DNA of 64,000 bases from Dehalococcoidia bacterium (GTDB lineage: Bacteria; Chloroflexota; Dehalococcoidia; Lucifugimonadales; UBA3495), in the NCBI GenBank assembly GCA_965217175.1, contig OZ244251.1, positions 2,992,682-3,056,681 on the forward strand, in the 5' to 3' direction. The position numbers and the translations under genes are program-made. The notes beneath the pieces were generated by a model. The model had not been told where the DNA came from, ran no database searches, and saw only the letters and a program-made list of their open reading frames with translations. Below are positions 45,444 through 55,481 of this stretch, one piece after another (the first letter of the stretch is position 1; every line of letters starts with the position of its first letter).

Positions 45444-47303
45444 TCAGGTTAAGATAGCCGTCGCCTCGGCGTCCTCAGCCGATTGAACCAGGTGAGCTTC
45501 TGCAGAGTGGTGTTCTTCAAGGGGCGGTGTGGCCATAGCGTCGTTGCTGGGCGTGAAATCGTCGTCGGCAGCCGCGTACGACGGACCGAGGCGGTGGGCA
45601 AGGGCCATGCCGATCAACGGATGCGTCCGGTTCAAACCAAACACACGACGGCGTCGCGTGCGGTTAGTGGTTTCGTCTCGGAAACTAACGTTACGGTATT
45701 GAAAAACGTCTTTGGAAATGAGACTGCGGACCAGTCGGGTAACGTGGGTTCTTGAACAGTTGTCGCTCCAGTGCGCTAACACGGTGGGATCACCGGCTTC
45801 GATGCCGTTGGCGAGGGCATCCGACACTTCGTTGCAGAGGGCATTGAACATCACGGAGTCGGCGCCGTCGCGTGCCTCCAGGGTGTGCCCCATGACGATC
45901 AGGTCGACCACGCGGTCCACGGCAGTCTGCTCACCGTCTTCGGCGATCAGTTCCAGTAAGGCGACCGCCTGGGTGATTGAGGCGAAGAGTTCGTCAGCCT
46001 CGCGGGAGTCGGCAGATTGGCGCGCCCCATTTGCGCGCGCTGTCGCCTCGCCAGCCGCGGCGTAGGCGGGTTGTTCAATTTCTTCATCGTCGCGGTCAAA
46101 TTCGCCATCGCCGGCTTCTTCGTCAAGGTCGTCATTGTCGCCAAAACTCGAGCTGCGATCGTAAGCCCGCGCTTCTTGGTTGGTGTCCGAGTCGAAGTCT
46201 TCGTCGTCGTCGGTGTCAGAGTCGAAGTCTTCGGAGTCGTAATCGTCGTCGGCGATGTCATCCATCAAATCCGTGGTTTCGACGTCGGCGATTTCCGGTT
46301 CTGGATCGGGCTCGTCGGCCATCAGGATCCAATCTACGAGGTCCACGCTGCGTATTTTGATATTGCCTTCCTCAGCAACCCGCAGCATCAACTTTTTGAA
46401 TCCTGAGAACCCGAGTTTACGTTCGTCAAATCCGGCGATTCGCCTGACCAGGCGTTGTTTTAAGGAAGTGAGCAGGAGGGTGTGCCCGGCTGAGCGTTCG
46501 GCGCGGATCACGTCCTCGATGGCGCGTATGACCTCCGGAAGCTGGTGGCGACCGGGATTGGCCAGGGGTGTTTGGGCTGGCTGCCGGCCGCGAAATGCGG
46601 GTTCGGGAGCGTTGATAGGATCGACATCGCTGTCGTAGAAGATCAATCCGTCGACGTGGTCTGCCATGCGGCGGGAGGTCGCCCAGGAAACGCCGACAAC
46701 AATCACACGTTTGCCGACAGCGCGCAGGGAGTTGATGACGTGGATGAAGTCTGAATCTCCGGATACCAGGACAAAAGTGTTGATGTTGGGAAAGTTATGG
46801 GCGGTATCGATGCAATCGGCAGTCATTTTGACGTCGACGCTGTTTTTGACGCGCATGGTGCGTCCGGAGTTATTAAAACCTCCGGTCGGGAGGCGCGTTG
46901 GCACATACACTGGCTCGATGCCGGCTGCGTACAGGGACGGTGGGTCCAGTATGAATTGACTGGCCCCTCTGAGTTCGGGGGACCGGGTTACCCAGTCGGC
47001 ATAGGCCTTGCCAACCACCACGCGGCCGTGGTTAGCTACTTCTTCTTTCAATGCCGAAACGTTGGGAGTACGCCCGCGCACGGCCAAACTGATCTTGAAG
47101 TTTTCCCAATCTATGAATAAGGCAACGTCATCGCTGAACTTACCGTTGCCGTTATTGTTTTGAATAACGATGATAATTCTCCGGTCGGTGCTTGATTGCG
47201 GCGCCAGCACGTACGAACGCCACGGAAAGTTTATTCCGGCATGTGTACAAGCGTCAAGGTAACAGGTGATCAATGTGAACGCTTCGTGGACAATTGTCGA
47301 CAC
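45444..47303 (-). CDS. NYN (LabA/DUF88-like) domain + OST-HTH/LOTUS protein with hyperacidic linker and uncharacterised C-terminal domain
   Basis: ALFIDWENF...GKAYADW...VDVKMTADCID...FVLVSGDSDFIHVINSLRAVGKRVIVVG (NYN), LLTSLKQRLVRRIAGFDERKLGFSGFKKLM (OST-HTH), D/E-rich stretch DDIADDDYDSEDFDSDTDDDEDFDSD. Confidence 0.8.
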   Translation of the reverse strand: MSTIVHEAFTLITCYLDACTHAGINFPWRSYVLAPQSSTDRRIIIVIQNNNGNGKFSDDVALFIDWENFKISLAVRGRTPNVSALKEEVANHGRVVVGKAYADWVTRSPELRGASQFILDPPSLYAAGIEPVYVPTRLPTGGFNNSGRTMRVKNSVDVKMTADCIDTAHNFPNINTFVLVSGDSDFIHVINSLRAVGKRVIVVGVSWATSRRMADHVDGLIFYDSDVDPINAPEPAFRGRQPAQTPLANPGRHQLPEVIRAIEDVIRAERSAGHTLLLTSLKQRLVRRIAGFDERKLGFSGFKKLMLRVAEEGNIKIRSVDLVDWILMADEPDPEPEIADVETTDLMDDIADDDYDSEDFDSDTDDDEDFDSDTNQEARAYDRSSSFGDNDDLDEEAGDGEFDRDDEEIEQPAYAAAGEATARANGARQSADSREADELFASITQAVALLELIAEDGEQTAVDRVVDLIVMGHTLEARDGADSVMFNALCNEVSDALANGIEAGDPTVLAHWSDNCSRTHVTRLVRSLISKDVFQYRNVSFRDETTNRTRRRRVFGLNRTHPLIGMALAHRLGPSYAAADDDFTPSNDAMATPPLEEHHSAEAHLVQSAEDAEATAILT

Positions 47304-47367
47304 TTAATTATGATAATGTTGAATTCGAGATTGGATTCACTAATATATTTCAACCATTCGGTGTAGA

Positions 47368-47943
47368 TTGGCACGAACAAAAAAGGTGGGGTTCCTGTCG
47401 CTTGCCCTGGCGGGATCGATTCTGGTGACGGCGGCAGGAATGTGGGCCCTGATGGCGTGGGTCCCCAGTGGCGCAGCGGAAGCAAACGGGGTTTCCTCCG
47501 AGATATATAACCAGGTGCAAGGCCCGTATCGGCTGGTAGTGGGAATATCGCCCGGTCGGCCGGTTATCCCGCAAACCCATTTCGCGATGCAGGTTATGGA
47601 CGCAGATCAGGACACGTTGCTCCGAGATAGTGATATCCAGCTGTTTGTTACGGCAACCGGTCCAGATGGTTCCGTAGGGTTTGGACCAGAACAAACATAC
47701 AACGACCTTTCCCTGGCGTATTTCGAAATAGACGTTCCGTTTGATGTGGTGGGGCCGTGGCGAGTGTCAGTGGAAATAAATGCAGATGAGAGCAAAGAGG
47801 TTTTCGTTTTACCCGTGTCGGTAGGTGAGCCTGGCCCACGAATCCAATGGATCTGGGTCTCCGTGGTTTTGGTGGCGATAGTAGCGGTAGGGATCTGGAC
47901 GTGGGCCACCATGAGCCGCCGCGGAAGCGAAGGGTCGGCATAG
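47368..47943 (+). CDS. membrane-anchored hypothetical protein (N-terminal signal/TM, beta-rich middle, C-terminal TM)
   Basis: 191-aa ORF with TTG start. FLSLALAGSILVTAAGMWALMAW and IWVSVVLVAIVAVGIWTWA. A YtkA/FixH-like fold is only a guess. Confidence 0.5.
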   Translation: MARTKKVGFLSLALAGSILVTAAGMWALMAWVPSGAAEANGVSSEIYNQVQGPYRLVVGISPGRPVIPQTHFAMQVMDADQDTLLRDSDIQLFVTATGPDGSVGFGPEQTYNDLSLAYFEIDVPFDVVGPWRVSVEINADESKEVFVLPVSVGEPGPRIQWIWVSVVLVAIVAVGIWTWATMSRRGSEGSA

Positions 47944-48054
47944 GGCATGAGCGGATGCGGTTTCCATTCCGGTATGAAGCATGACCGCTACACAATAATT
48001 TTGCGCCTGATAATTTGGCATATTGAATACGCAGTGTCCTGAAGAGCCCCATCG

Positions 48055-49362
48055 TTGATGAGAAGAGCGTTGTTTCTGGCGGTGACGGCCACCGTTATTC
48101 CCGTGGCGTTCGCATGGATCGCGGTGGGACAGGTATCGGCGCACGGCTTTGGTGAGCGTTACGACTTACCGTTGCCGCTTTCGCTGTTTGTGCTGGCCGG
48201 CGGGGCAGCCGTGGCGCTGTCATTTGTAATCGTAGCAGTGTTCCTCCAGAGGGGGAGAGCTGCGCCCGGTTCGTACCCGCGACTAAATCTGCTGAACATC
48301 CCAGTCGTTAATTGGCTGGCTGAAGCCTGGGTTACCGTACCGTTGCGCGCGGCTTCGCTTATTCTGACCGTATATGTCATCGGCGGCGCGCTGATTGGAT
48401 CTGAACGAGCGGCGTTGAATCCGGCGCCGGCAGCAGTGTACGTGGCTTTTTGGGTTGGGTTGAGCTTTTTCTCGGCGCTGCTGGGGAACCTGTGGGCGCT
48501 GGTTAACCCGTGGAAGGTGTTGTGGACCTGGTTCGAATACCTGGCTGACCTGATTCGGCCGGGTGCGGCGCTGGGCCAGTATGTCCCGTATCCGTCGCGC
48601 CTGGGTGTGTGGCCGGCGGTTCTGGTTTTCGCTGGATTCGCGTTCCTGGAGACGGTGGTCGCCGACTCCGCCGGGCCCCGGGTATTGGGATGGATTCTAA
48701 TCGGATACACGGTTTACAACCTGGTCGGGATGTTCCTGTTCGGGAGGGATGTTTGGTTGCGAAACGCCGAGGGGTTCACCCTGGTATTTGGTTTTATGGC
48801 GCGGTTTTCGGTTACCGAGGTTCGCGCGCCAGTATCGGTGTGCGAGGATTGCAGCTCGGACGGCCAATGCCATGCTGCTGCAACCGACTGCGTAGATTGC
48901 TACGAATGCTACGGGCTGGCAACGCGGGAAGGAAGGGAGTGGAATTTGCGGCCGCCGGTGGCGGGTCTTAATCGACTGGGTCGGGTATCGGCGGCGGAGG
49001 TGGTACTGGTTGTCCTGCTGCTGTCCACGGTGTCATTCGATGGACTGTCGGCGACGCCGGAATGGTTGATATTTGCAACCTGGTTCGAGTTGCAGTGGCG
49101 CGGTTTTGGTGGCGATGCCGACAACCTGATGGGAGTGCTGGGGTTACCGGTGTTGTTCGGCATCCTGTTTGCGTTCACGTGCAGCCTCATGACGTTGATC
49201 GCGCGCAGGCCGACGCCGGCTGCAACGGAGTTGGTAAAGGTATTTGCGTTTTCTTTGCTGCCCATAGCGCTGGCTTATCATTTTGCCCATTTCGTAGGGT
49301 TCCTGTTCGTCAATGGGCAACGGTTTATCGTGTTGGTGTCGGATCCGTTTGGCCGGGGATAG
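48055..49362 (+). CDS. polytopic membrane protein with Cys-rich loop; ends at an in-frame TAG followed by 81 more membrane-protein-like codons (to 49608)
   Basis: 435-aa track ORF with loop VCEDCSSDGQCHAAATDCVDCYECY. The same frame continues after TAG 49360-62 as DLFGTADAIINIGILSPIFIWYFSMLAIVIGHIAGVYLAH... Confidence 0.7.
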   Translation: MMRRALFLAVTATVIPVAFAWIAVGQVSAHGFGERYDLPLPLSLFVLAGGAAVALSFVIVAVFLQRGRAAPGSYPRLNLLNIPVVNWLAEAWVTVPLRAASLILTVYVIGGALIGSERAALNPAPAAVYVAFWVGLSFFSALLGNLWALVNPWKVLWTWFEYLADLIRPGAALGQYVPYPSRLGVWPAVLVFAGFAFLETVVADSAGPRVLGWILIGYTVYNLVGMFLFGRDVWLRNAEGFTLVFGFMARFSVTEVRAPVSVCEDCSSDGQCHAAATDCVDCYECYGLATREGREWNLRPPVAGLNRLGRVSAAEVVLVVLLLSTVSFDGLSATPEWLIFATWFELQWRGFGGDADNLMGVLGLPVLFGILFAFTCSLMTLIARRPTPAATELVKVFAFSLLPIALAYHFAHFVGFLFVNGQRFIVLVSDPFGRG

Positions 49363-49659
49363 GATTTATTCGGCACCGCCGATGCGATCATCAACATCGG
49401 AATTCTCTCGCCCATATTCATCTGGTATTTCTCCATGTTGGCCATCGTGATCGGTCATATTGCCGGAGTGTATCTGGCTCACGCGCAGGCCGTGAGGATA
49501 TACGGTGACCGCGCCACTGCACTGCGAAGCCAGCTGCCGATGCTGGTTTTAATGGTGTGTTACACTTGCGCGAGTTTGTGGATTATTTCGCGTCCAATCG
49601 CGGAATAGTACCGCGCGGGAAGCGGAAAATCGGCCTCCGTAAACAACCACCGCTGGAGA

Positions 49660-50481
49660 TTGACAGTGCCTGAAATCAAACCGAGGCTGGAAGGGAAAGT
49701 CGCCATCGTGACGGGAGCCGGTTCCAGTGGACCGGGCGTGGGCAACGGCCGCGCCACGGCGACGCTGTTCGCCCGCGAAGGCGCGCGCGTTTTGTTGGCC
49801 GACCAGACCATAGTGCGGGCCGAGGAAACGTTGGAATTGATCCAGTCGGAAGGCGGGGAAGCCTCTACGATTCAGGCAGACGTGACGAATATCGATGACT
49901 GCCGTCGGATGGTGGAAGCGTGCATGGAGCGCTATGGTCGCCTGGACATCCTGGACAATAACGTAGGGATATCGAGCCGCGGGACGGTGGTGGAGGTTTC
50001 GGAAGAGGACTGGGATCGGGTGATGTCCATCAACGTGAAAAGCATCGTGCTGGCCAGCAAGTTCGCGATTCCCAGGATGCAGGAAACCGGCGGCGGTTCG
50101 ATAATCAACATCTCTTCGATCGCCGGACTGAGGGCTCACAGCAGCACACCCTATACGGCGTCGAAAGCAGCGGTTATCGGGCTGACCATTTCGATGGCGG
50201 CAGACCACGGACCCGATGGCATTCGCACGAACTGCATCGCTCCGGGCCTGGTGTACACCCCGATGGTGGCCCCACGTATGGATGATGATTTGCGGCAAAT
50301 CCGCAGCGCAGCGGCCCCGTTGCGCACCGAGGGCACGGCCTGGGACATTGGCTACGCCGCGTTGTTCCTGGCCAGCGACGAGGCACGGTGGGTCAACGGC
50401 GTGGTGCTGCCCGTGGACGCCGGACTGGTGGCCACATCGCCGGTAACGTACGAGACTCTGGCGCAGCAGGTGAGGGTTTAG
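49660..50481 (+). CDS. SDR-family oxidoreductase
   Basis: KVAIVTGAGSSGPGVGNG (Rossmann), NNVG, YTASKAAV catalytic motif. GTG at 49666 is an alternative start. Confidence 0.9.
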   Translation: MTVPEIKPRLEGKVAIVTGAGSSGPGVGNGRATATLFAREGARVLLADQTIVRAEETLELIQSEGGEASTIQADVTNIDDCRRMVEACMERYGRLDILDNNVGISSRGTVVEVSEEDWDRVMSINVKSIVLASKFAIPRMQETGGGSIINISSIAGLRAHSSTPYTASKAAVIGLTISMAADHGPDGIRTNCIAPGLVYTPMVAPRMDDDLRQIRSAAAPLRTEGTAWDIGYAALFLASDEARWVNGVVLPVDAGLVATSPVTYETLAQQVRV

Positions 50482-50575
50482 CCCCGACCGCAGGTAACCC
50501 GATCCGGTTTACAGCCGGATATTGCGGGGATTGCCGCAAGAATTGCAGCCATACCGAAGACCAGGACTCGATCGA

Positions 50576-51007
50576 CTACGACTCGATGGAAATCAGTTGC
50601 AGATCGAACGTGAGGTCTTTGCCGGCCAGAGGATGATTGGCGTCCAGGGTGACTTCCTGATCTCCAACGGAGACGATGCCAAACGACACGAGTTGTCCTT
50701 CGCTCCGTTGGCCCTGGACACGGGTGCCTACTTCCAGCGGCATGTCGGAAGGGAACTCGTCTCGCGGCACGTTCATTATGCCGTCAGACTGGTGTTCGCC
50801 GTAGGCATCGGCGCATGGGATGTGAACCGTCTTGGCCTCGCCGGGGGACATACCCAGGACACCCTGGTCAAATCCAGGGATGACCTGGCCGCTGCCGACG
50901 GTGAACGCCAGGGGCGTGCCACCTTCGGATGAATCGAACACTTCGCCATCGTCGAGCCGACCGGTGTAGTGGACCCGCACCTTGTCACCCTGCTGTACTG
51001 TAGCCAA
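50576..51007 (-). CDS. FKBP-type peptidyl-prolyl isomerase (SlyD-like with IF insert)
   Basis: TTG at 51007 with GGAGG 8 nt upstream. ATVQQGDKVRVHYTGRLDDGEVFDSS...VIPGFDQGVLGM...LAGKDLTFDLQL. The longer track ORF overlaps the divergent gene. Confidence 0.85.
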   Translation of the reverse strand: MATVQQGDKVRVHYTGRLDDGEVFDSSEGGTPLAFTVGSGQVIPGFDQGVLGMSPGEAKTVHIPCADAYGEHQSDGIMNVPRDEFPSDMPLEVGTRVQGQRSEGQLVSFGIVSVGDQEVTLDANHPLAGKDLTFDLQLISIES

Positions 51008-51136
51008 TTTAACCGCCTCCGCCGGGTTATTTGGCTCAATATAGCACACCCGGCAAAATGATCCCTGATTATGATATGGTACGGATGCGGCCTGAAGCAT
51101 CCGAAATTGCAAAGGGATTTGGTCGCGGGAGGAGTC

Positions 51137-52228
51137 ATGAAGTACGGGTTGTTTATGATGCCGTCCCACCCGCCGGAACGTAACATTTACGATGCGCACC
51201 AATGGGACCTGGAGTACTTGGTACTGTGCGACCGGCTGGGTTTTGACGAAGCCTGGATTGGGGAACATTTCACTTCCCCCTGGGAACCGATCCCCGCGCC
51301 AGATCTGCTAATTGCACAGGCGCTGATGAAGACCGAGCGCATTAAGCTGGGTTCTGGGGCGCATCTGTTGCCTTTCCACCATCCGGCGGAACTGGCGCAC
51401 CGGGTGGCGTACCTGGATCACCTGTCCCAGGGAAGGTTCCTGTTTGGCGTGGGCAGCAGCGGATTACCCAGTGACTGGGCTCTGTTTGACGTTGACGGCA
51501 ACAACGGTGAGCACCGGGAGATGACCCGGGAGTCGCTGGACATCATTCTGAAAATCTGGGAGAACGACGGGCCGTTTGAATACAAGGGGAAGTTCTGGAA
51601 CGTCAGCATCCCGGAGCCCATGTACGGAACTCTGGAATTTTTCCTGCGCCCTTACCAGAAACCTCATCCACCGATAGGAGTAGCTTCGGTGAGTTACAAA
51701 TCTCCCACGTTGATGATTGCTGGCGAAAAGGGCTTCATCCCCATGAGCCTGGCGCTGAACGCGGATTATTGCCGCAGCCATTGGGAGGCGGTGGAAGAAG
51801 GGGCACAACGTTCCGGCCTGCATCCGTCTCGCGAAGATTGGCGACTGGTTCGGGATGTGTACGTTGCCGACACCGACGAAGAAGCTCGCGACAAGGCCCT
51901 GAACGGAATGCTGGGTCGGGTGTGGGATGAATATCTACTGCCCCTGTTCCGGGAATTCGACCTGATGGCCGTGTTCAAGCACGACCCGGAAGTCGACGAC
52001 GACGCGGTGAACATCGAGTACATGGCTGACCACCTCTGGCTGATTGGCTCACCCGACACGGTGGCTGGCAAAATCCGCCGCATGTATGACGAAGTCGGTG
52101 GCTTCGGCGCATTGCTGACGCTCGTTTACGATCAGTGGCAGGATCAGGAAGGTTGGGAAAAATCCACACGGTTACTGGCTGAGAAGGTGATGCCCCAGGT
52201 CGCGGACCTGACGGGCGCAGCAAAATGA
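51137..52228 (+). CDS. LLM-class flavin-dependent oxidoreductase
   Basis: ATG at 51137 after GGGAGGAG. MKYGLFMMPSHPP..., LGFDEAWIGEHF, GRFLFGVGSSG. Confidence 0.85.
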   Translation: MKYGLFMMPSHPPERNIYDAHQWDLEYLVLCDRLGFDEAWIGEHFTSPWEPIPAPDLLIAQALMKTERIKLGSGAHLLPFHHPAELAHRVAYLDHLSQGRFLFGVGSSGLPSDWALFDVDGNNGEHREMTRESLDIILKIWENDGPFEYKGKFWNVSIPEPMYGTLEFFLRPYQKPHPPIGVASVSYKSPTLMIAGEKGFIPMSLALNADYCRSHWEAVEEGAQRSGLHPSREDWRLVRDVYVADTDEEARDKALNGMLGRVWDEYLLPLFREFDLMAVFKHDPEVDDDAVNIEYMADHLWLIGSPDTVAGKIRRMYDEVGGFGALLTLVYDQWQDQEGWEKSTRLLAEKVMPQVADLTGAAK

Positions 52229-52494
52229 CCGGGTGCGGAGAATTGCCGGGGTCGGGGTCGGCGGTACCTTCGCTAAAAGTAATCCGCCTTGCGCCAATCC
52301 GCTTTTTGCCGCTCCAACGGTGGCGCCAGATACTCACCAGTTAAAATTATCGGCGATCAATACCAAAATAACGACAGGTGGTAAGGCCATATGACTGCAT
52401 TGGTGGAACCACGTGGTGTAATATGTGCGATGTCCGCTCCACGTAACATGCAAATGGTTGTGGGCGCGGTGAACACACTTCGGGAAGAGGGGAT

Positions 52495-52731
52495 ATGGCG
52501 ACGCAGCGAATAAGAAAAACTAAGCTGATGCGCAAAGTGGAGGACAAACACGGCAGGCCTCTGGAAAACCTGGTGCCCGAACTGGTGAATCAAATGGGTA
52601 TGAGCCGGGCAGCCACTGAGCTGGAAGTCAGCCCAGCTACCTTGGGCTACTGGATGTTGAAAATGGGTATCCAATATCGCCGCGTTGCCCTTGCGGAAGG
52701 CGAGACGATAGAGGTTCGTCGGCAGGGTTAG
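52495..52731 (+). CDS. small HTH-like hypothetical protein
   Basis: 78-aa ORF in a lower-GC pocket. MGMSRAATELEVSPATLGYWMLKMGI resembles an HTH. Confidence 0.45.
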   Translation: MATQRIRKTKLMRKVEDKHGRPLENLVPELVNQMGMSRAATELEVSPATLGYWMLKMGIQYRRVALAEGETIEVRRQG

Positions 52732-52770
52732 CACGACCCAGCCAACCACCGCGGATGCAAAACGCGTTAG

Positions 52771-53220
52771 CTACGGCGGCGAGAGGGTAGGTGCCCCCAA
52801 GCCGCCGATTTCTACGTCTATGGCTTCTTCGGCGCCGGGCCACGGCGGCATGGTTATGCACAGGAACCGCAGCTCTTCGTGCAGGTCGGCGCTGAACTGG
52901 AACGCCCAGCCCACAGGAATCACCACCGCGTCTCCGGGCGTTACCGCGACTGGCGAGCAGCTTCCAGGGTCCGTGTTGGGAGGGCAGCGCCAAACTCGGC
53001 CCGTACCAGCGATGATGTACCAGGCTTCTTCGACGGTACGGTGGCGCACCGGCCTGCTGACCGAACCGGGCCCGATGCTGACCTCGACGATGCTGCAGGC
53101 GTGAGCACCGTGTTCAGAGTGGAGTACGAGCCGAATTTGTGATCCGTCGGGAGCGGTTATCGCATCGGTTGAGCGTCGCCCTACCGGTAGGACTGGGTTT
53201 GGCGATCGAGGCTCAGGCAT
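52771..53220 (-). CDS. cupin-domain protein
   Basis: 149 aa. SRPVRHRTVEEAWYIIAGTGRVW...VTPGDAVVIPVGWAFQF is a cupin two-motif pattern. Confidence 0.7.
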   Translation of the reverse strand: MPEPRSPNPVLPVGRRSTDAITAPDGSQIRLVLHSEHGAHACSIVEVSIGPGSVSRPVRHRTVEEAWYIIAGTGRVWRCPPNTDPGSCSPVAVTPGDAVVIPVGWAFQFSADLHEELRFLCITMPPWPGAEEAIDVEIGGLGAPTLSPP

Positions 53221-53230
53221 GAGAGGCGTT

Positions 53231-54457
53231 TTAATACGGGCGATCGGCTAGTTCGATCCGACGGGCTTCTAACCATTCGTTTTGGTACCAGACATAAACG
53301 GTGCCATTGCGTTCTTGCCCGCTGTAATCGCATTTACCGTACCACTTGAATCGATCACCGGATTGTGTCGTTCGGTCGACGCAAATGCTCTCGTCTTGCC
53401 GGGTGTTGTACCAACCATCATCCCAAGTGAGGACGGCCAGAAACGACCCATCGGTGAACTCCCCCATGCGTATGGGGACGGGAGTATTTGTAGGATTGGG
53501 TGCCAACTGGCTCGTCCCTGTTGCCAATGCAGGTAACCGGGCAAGCATTTCTTGCATATGCAGAGCATACCCAACGTTTTCCAGATCGGTGCGACCCCAG
53601 GTGTTCATGCCAATTATGCGCCCAGACATGGTCATGAGAGGCCCCCCGCTGTTTCCGGGATTAAGAGCGGTATCCGTCTTGATCCAGTTAACTCCGTCGA
53701 AGTAGACATTCGCGGCAGAAACTACTCCTTGGGTAATGGTTCGTCCCCCGCCACCGTCTGGGAATCCCAAAGCTATTACTTCATCGCCCGGGCGAAACGA
53801 GGTGGACGGATTAATGCCAATTCCCCAGTGATTCAAGTAATCAAGACCGTTTTCCCAACCGGTGCTGCTCCAATCGAAGTCGTTGGGACCCACATCTAAC
53901 AATGCCACATGGGCGTATTCGTCCAAGCCGAGCACTCGTACTCTTGCCAAGTCTGGAATGTCTCGATAAGCCCAGCTAACCCGAACGTGCTTGTTATCAC
54001 CTACCACGTGCGCGTTGGTCACGACATACCAATTTGACTCATCAATAGGGTCATTGAAGAAGAAGCCAGTCCCTAAGCTACGATCCGTGGATATCCGAAC
54101 TACCCAGGGTTTCAATCTTTCGCTCCAGTCGGCAATCGTAGGGGTGTTGGTTGGTCGAAGCGTGGGACGCCAAGTGGCCGTACTACGAGGCGTAGGAGTA
54201 GGACGCCTTGTAGCAGTTGGCAATATAGTCGACGTGGGAGCCGGCGGCGGAGTTGCCGTGGGGATGGGAGTTGGCGTAGGAATCGGCGTTACAGTGGGCG
54301 CGGGCGTGGCGCTTGGTACGCGTGCTATGGCCGTTTGCACTTGTTGATCTACGCGGACTGCCAGGGTGGCTTCTATGTTGGGAGTCGGCGGCGGCGTGGT
54401 GCACGCCACCGTCGCCAGAAGAATACCCCCGATCAAGAAACCTATTCCTTTCGCCAA
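53231..54457 (-). CDS. secreted/lipoprotein trypsin-like serine protease (S1C-like, no PDZ) with Pro/Thr-rich linker
   Basis: N-terminus GFLIGGILLATVAC, linker PTPTPIPTATPPPAPT, catalytic region VTNAHVV ... GNSGGPLM. Confidence 0.8.
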   Translation of the reverse strand: MAKGIGFLIGGILLATVACTTPPPTPNIEATLAVRVDQQVQTAIARVPSATPAPTVTPIPTPTPIPTATPPPAPTSTILPTATRRPTPTPRSTATWRPTLRPTNTPTIADWSERLKPWVVRISTDRSLGTGFFFNDPIDESNWYVVTNAHVVGDNKHVRVSWAYRDIPDLARVRVLGLDEYAHVALLDVGPNDFDWSSTGWENGLDYLNHWGIGINPSTSFRPGDEVIALGFPDGGGGRTITQGVVSAANVYFDGVNWIKTDTALNPGNSGGPLMTMSGRIIGMNTWGRTDLENVGYALHMQEMLARLPALATGTSQLAPNPTNTPVPIRMGEFTDGSFLAVLTWDDGWYNTRQDESICVDRTTQSGDRFKWYGKCDYSGQERNGTVYVWYQNEWLEARRIELADRPY

Positions 54458-54517
54458 CTTTTTCTGTCCCCGATAAGGGATGACGAGTGGAATGAGTTGG
54501 GACAGGCGCCGAGATTA

Positions 54518-55333
54518 CTAGTCGTCACTGGGCTTGCGACCCTTGCGGTCGAGGAAATCAGCGAAGCCTTCCTCTACGGACAGACCCTTGAAGCGGCTTG
54601 ACCGTCCCATAATCTCGTTGCGATATTGCTCTTCAATGGGCAGGCCGGAATGTTCGAGCAGTAATTGCTTGATGTTAGCCAGGCCTTCCACCCGGTTGCG
54701 AGCCATGCCGGCGGCGATGTCCAGCGCTTTGTCCATCAGTTCTTCGGACGAGAACAGGTGGTTAATCAGCCCCATGTGATAGGCCTCATCGGCAAATACT
54801 TCACGTCCGCTGAGCAACAGTTCCTTGGCACGGTGGATGCCGACCAACTGTGGGAGGCTCCACGTGGCGTTCATCTGGCCGTAGTTGACTGCCAGGAAAC
54901 GGAAACTGGTTTTTTCGCAGCCGACCAGGAAATCGAGGCTGGTGGCCAGCACTGTCCCACCGCCGTAGCACAGACCGTTGACGGCTCCGATCAGAGGTTT
55001 GCTGCAGGTATGCAGGTGCCAAGTGTATTGAGAGCGCTCCCGCTGGCCTCCCTCGCGCTGTTCCGGGCTGAATTCCCGGTTCTCGTGGATGTCTGCGCCG
55101 GCCGAGAACGCCCGCTCCCCGGCTCCGGTGATGATGATTGCTCCGACGCTGTCATCGTTTTCAAAATCGGTGATCGCCTGGTCCAGTTCGCGCACCAGCT
55201 GCAGGTTGAGCGCGTTGAGAACCTCGGGGCGATTGAGTGTAACTACTCCGATATGGGTTTCCACCTCGTTTCGGCCCATCATGATGGGACGGGTCACCGT
55301 ATCGGTCTTGATGCAGGCGTACGTAGTAACCAT
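54518..55333 (-). CDS. enoyl-CoA hydratase/isomerase (crotonase) family
   Basis: VVTLNRPEVLNALN, ITGAGERAFSAGADI, GGGTVLATSLDF. AGGAAGGA upstream of the ATG. Confidence 0.9.
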   Translation of the reverse strand: MVTTYACIKTDTVTRPIMMGRNEVETHIGVVTLNRPEVLNALNLQLVRELDQAITDFENDDSVGAIIITGAGERAFSAGADIHENREFSPEQREGGQRERSQYTWHLHTCSKPLIGAVNGLCYGGGTVLATSLDFLVGCEKTSFRFLAVNYGQMNATWSLPQLVGIHRAKELLLSGREVFADEAYHMGLINHLFSSEELMDKALDIAAGMARNRVEGLANIKQLLLEHSGLPIEEQYRNEIMGRSSRFKGLSVEEGFADFLDRKGRKPSDD

Positions 55334-55481
55334 AGTTCCTTCCTAAGCCATAGACGGGACGAGGAGAGCGACTGGATGATCGTCCCGCACTGGAGGTTGA
55401 TTTGCGGGGGCCATTATAACGGGGTTCGCGTTGGGCGGGTAGTGCGGGCAGTATGGGGGAGTGTGCAGGTGCAGCTGTAAG

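Noticed and set aside
46060-46270. Repetitive DNA (GAGTCGAAGTCTTCG and similar) as a non-coding tandem repeat
   Set aside because: It lies in frame inside a long ORF and encodes the acidic linker. Treated as coding low complexity.
49360-49362. Stop-codon reassignment or pyrrolysine reading of TAG (also the TAGs at about 40.1-40.25 kb and TAA 23778)
   Set aside because: TAG terminates several well-supported genes in this window at the expected protein ends. The other in-frame stops are in clearly decayed genes.
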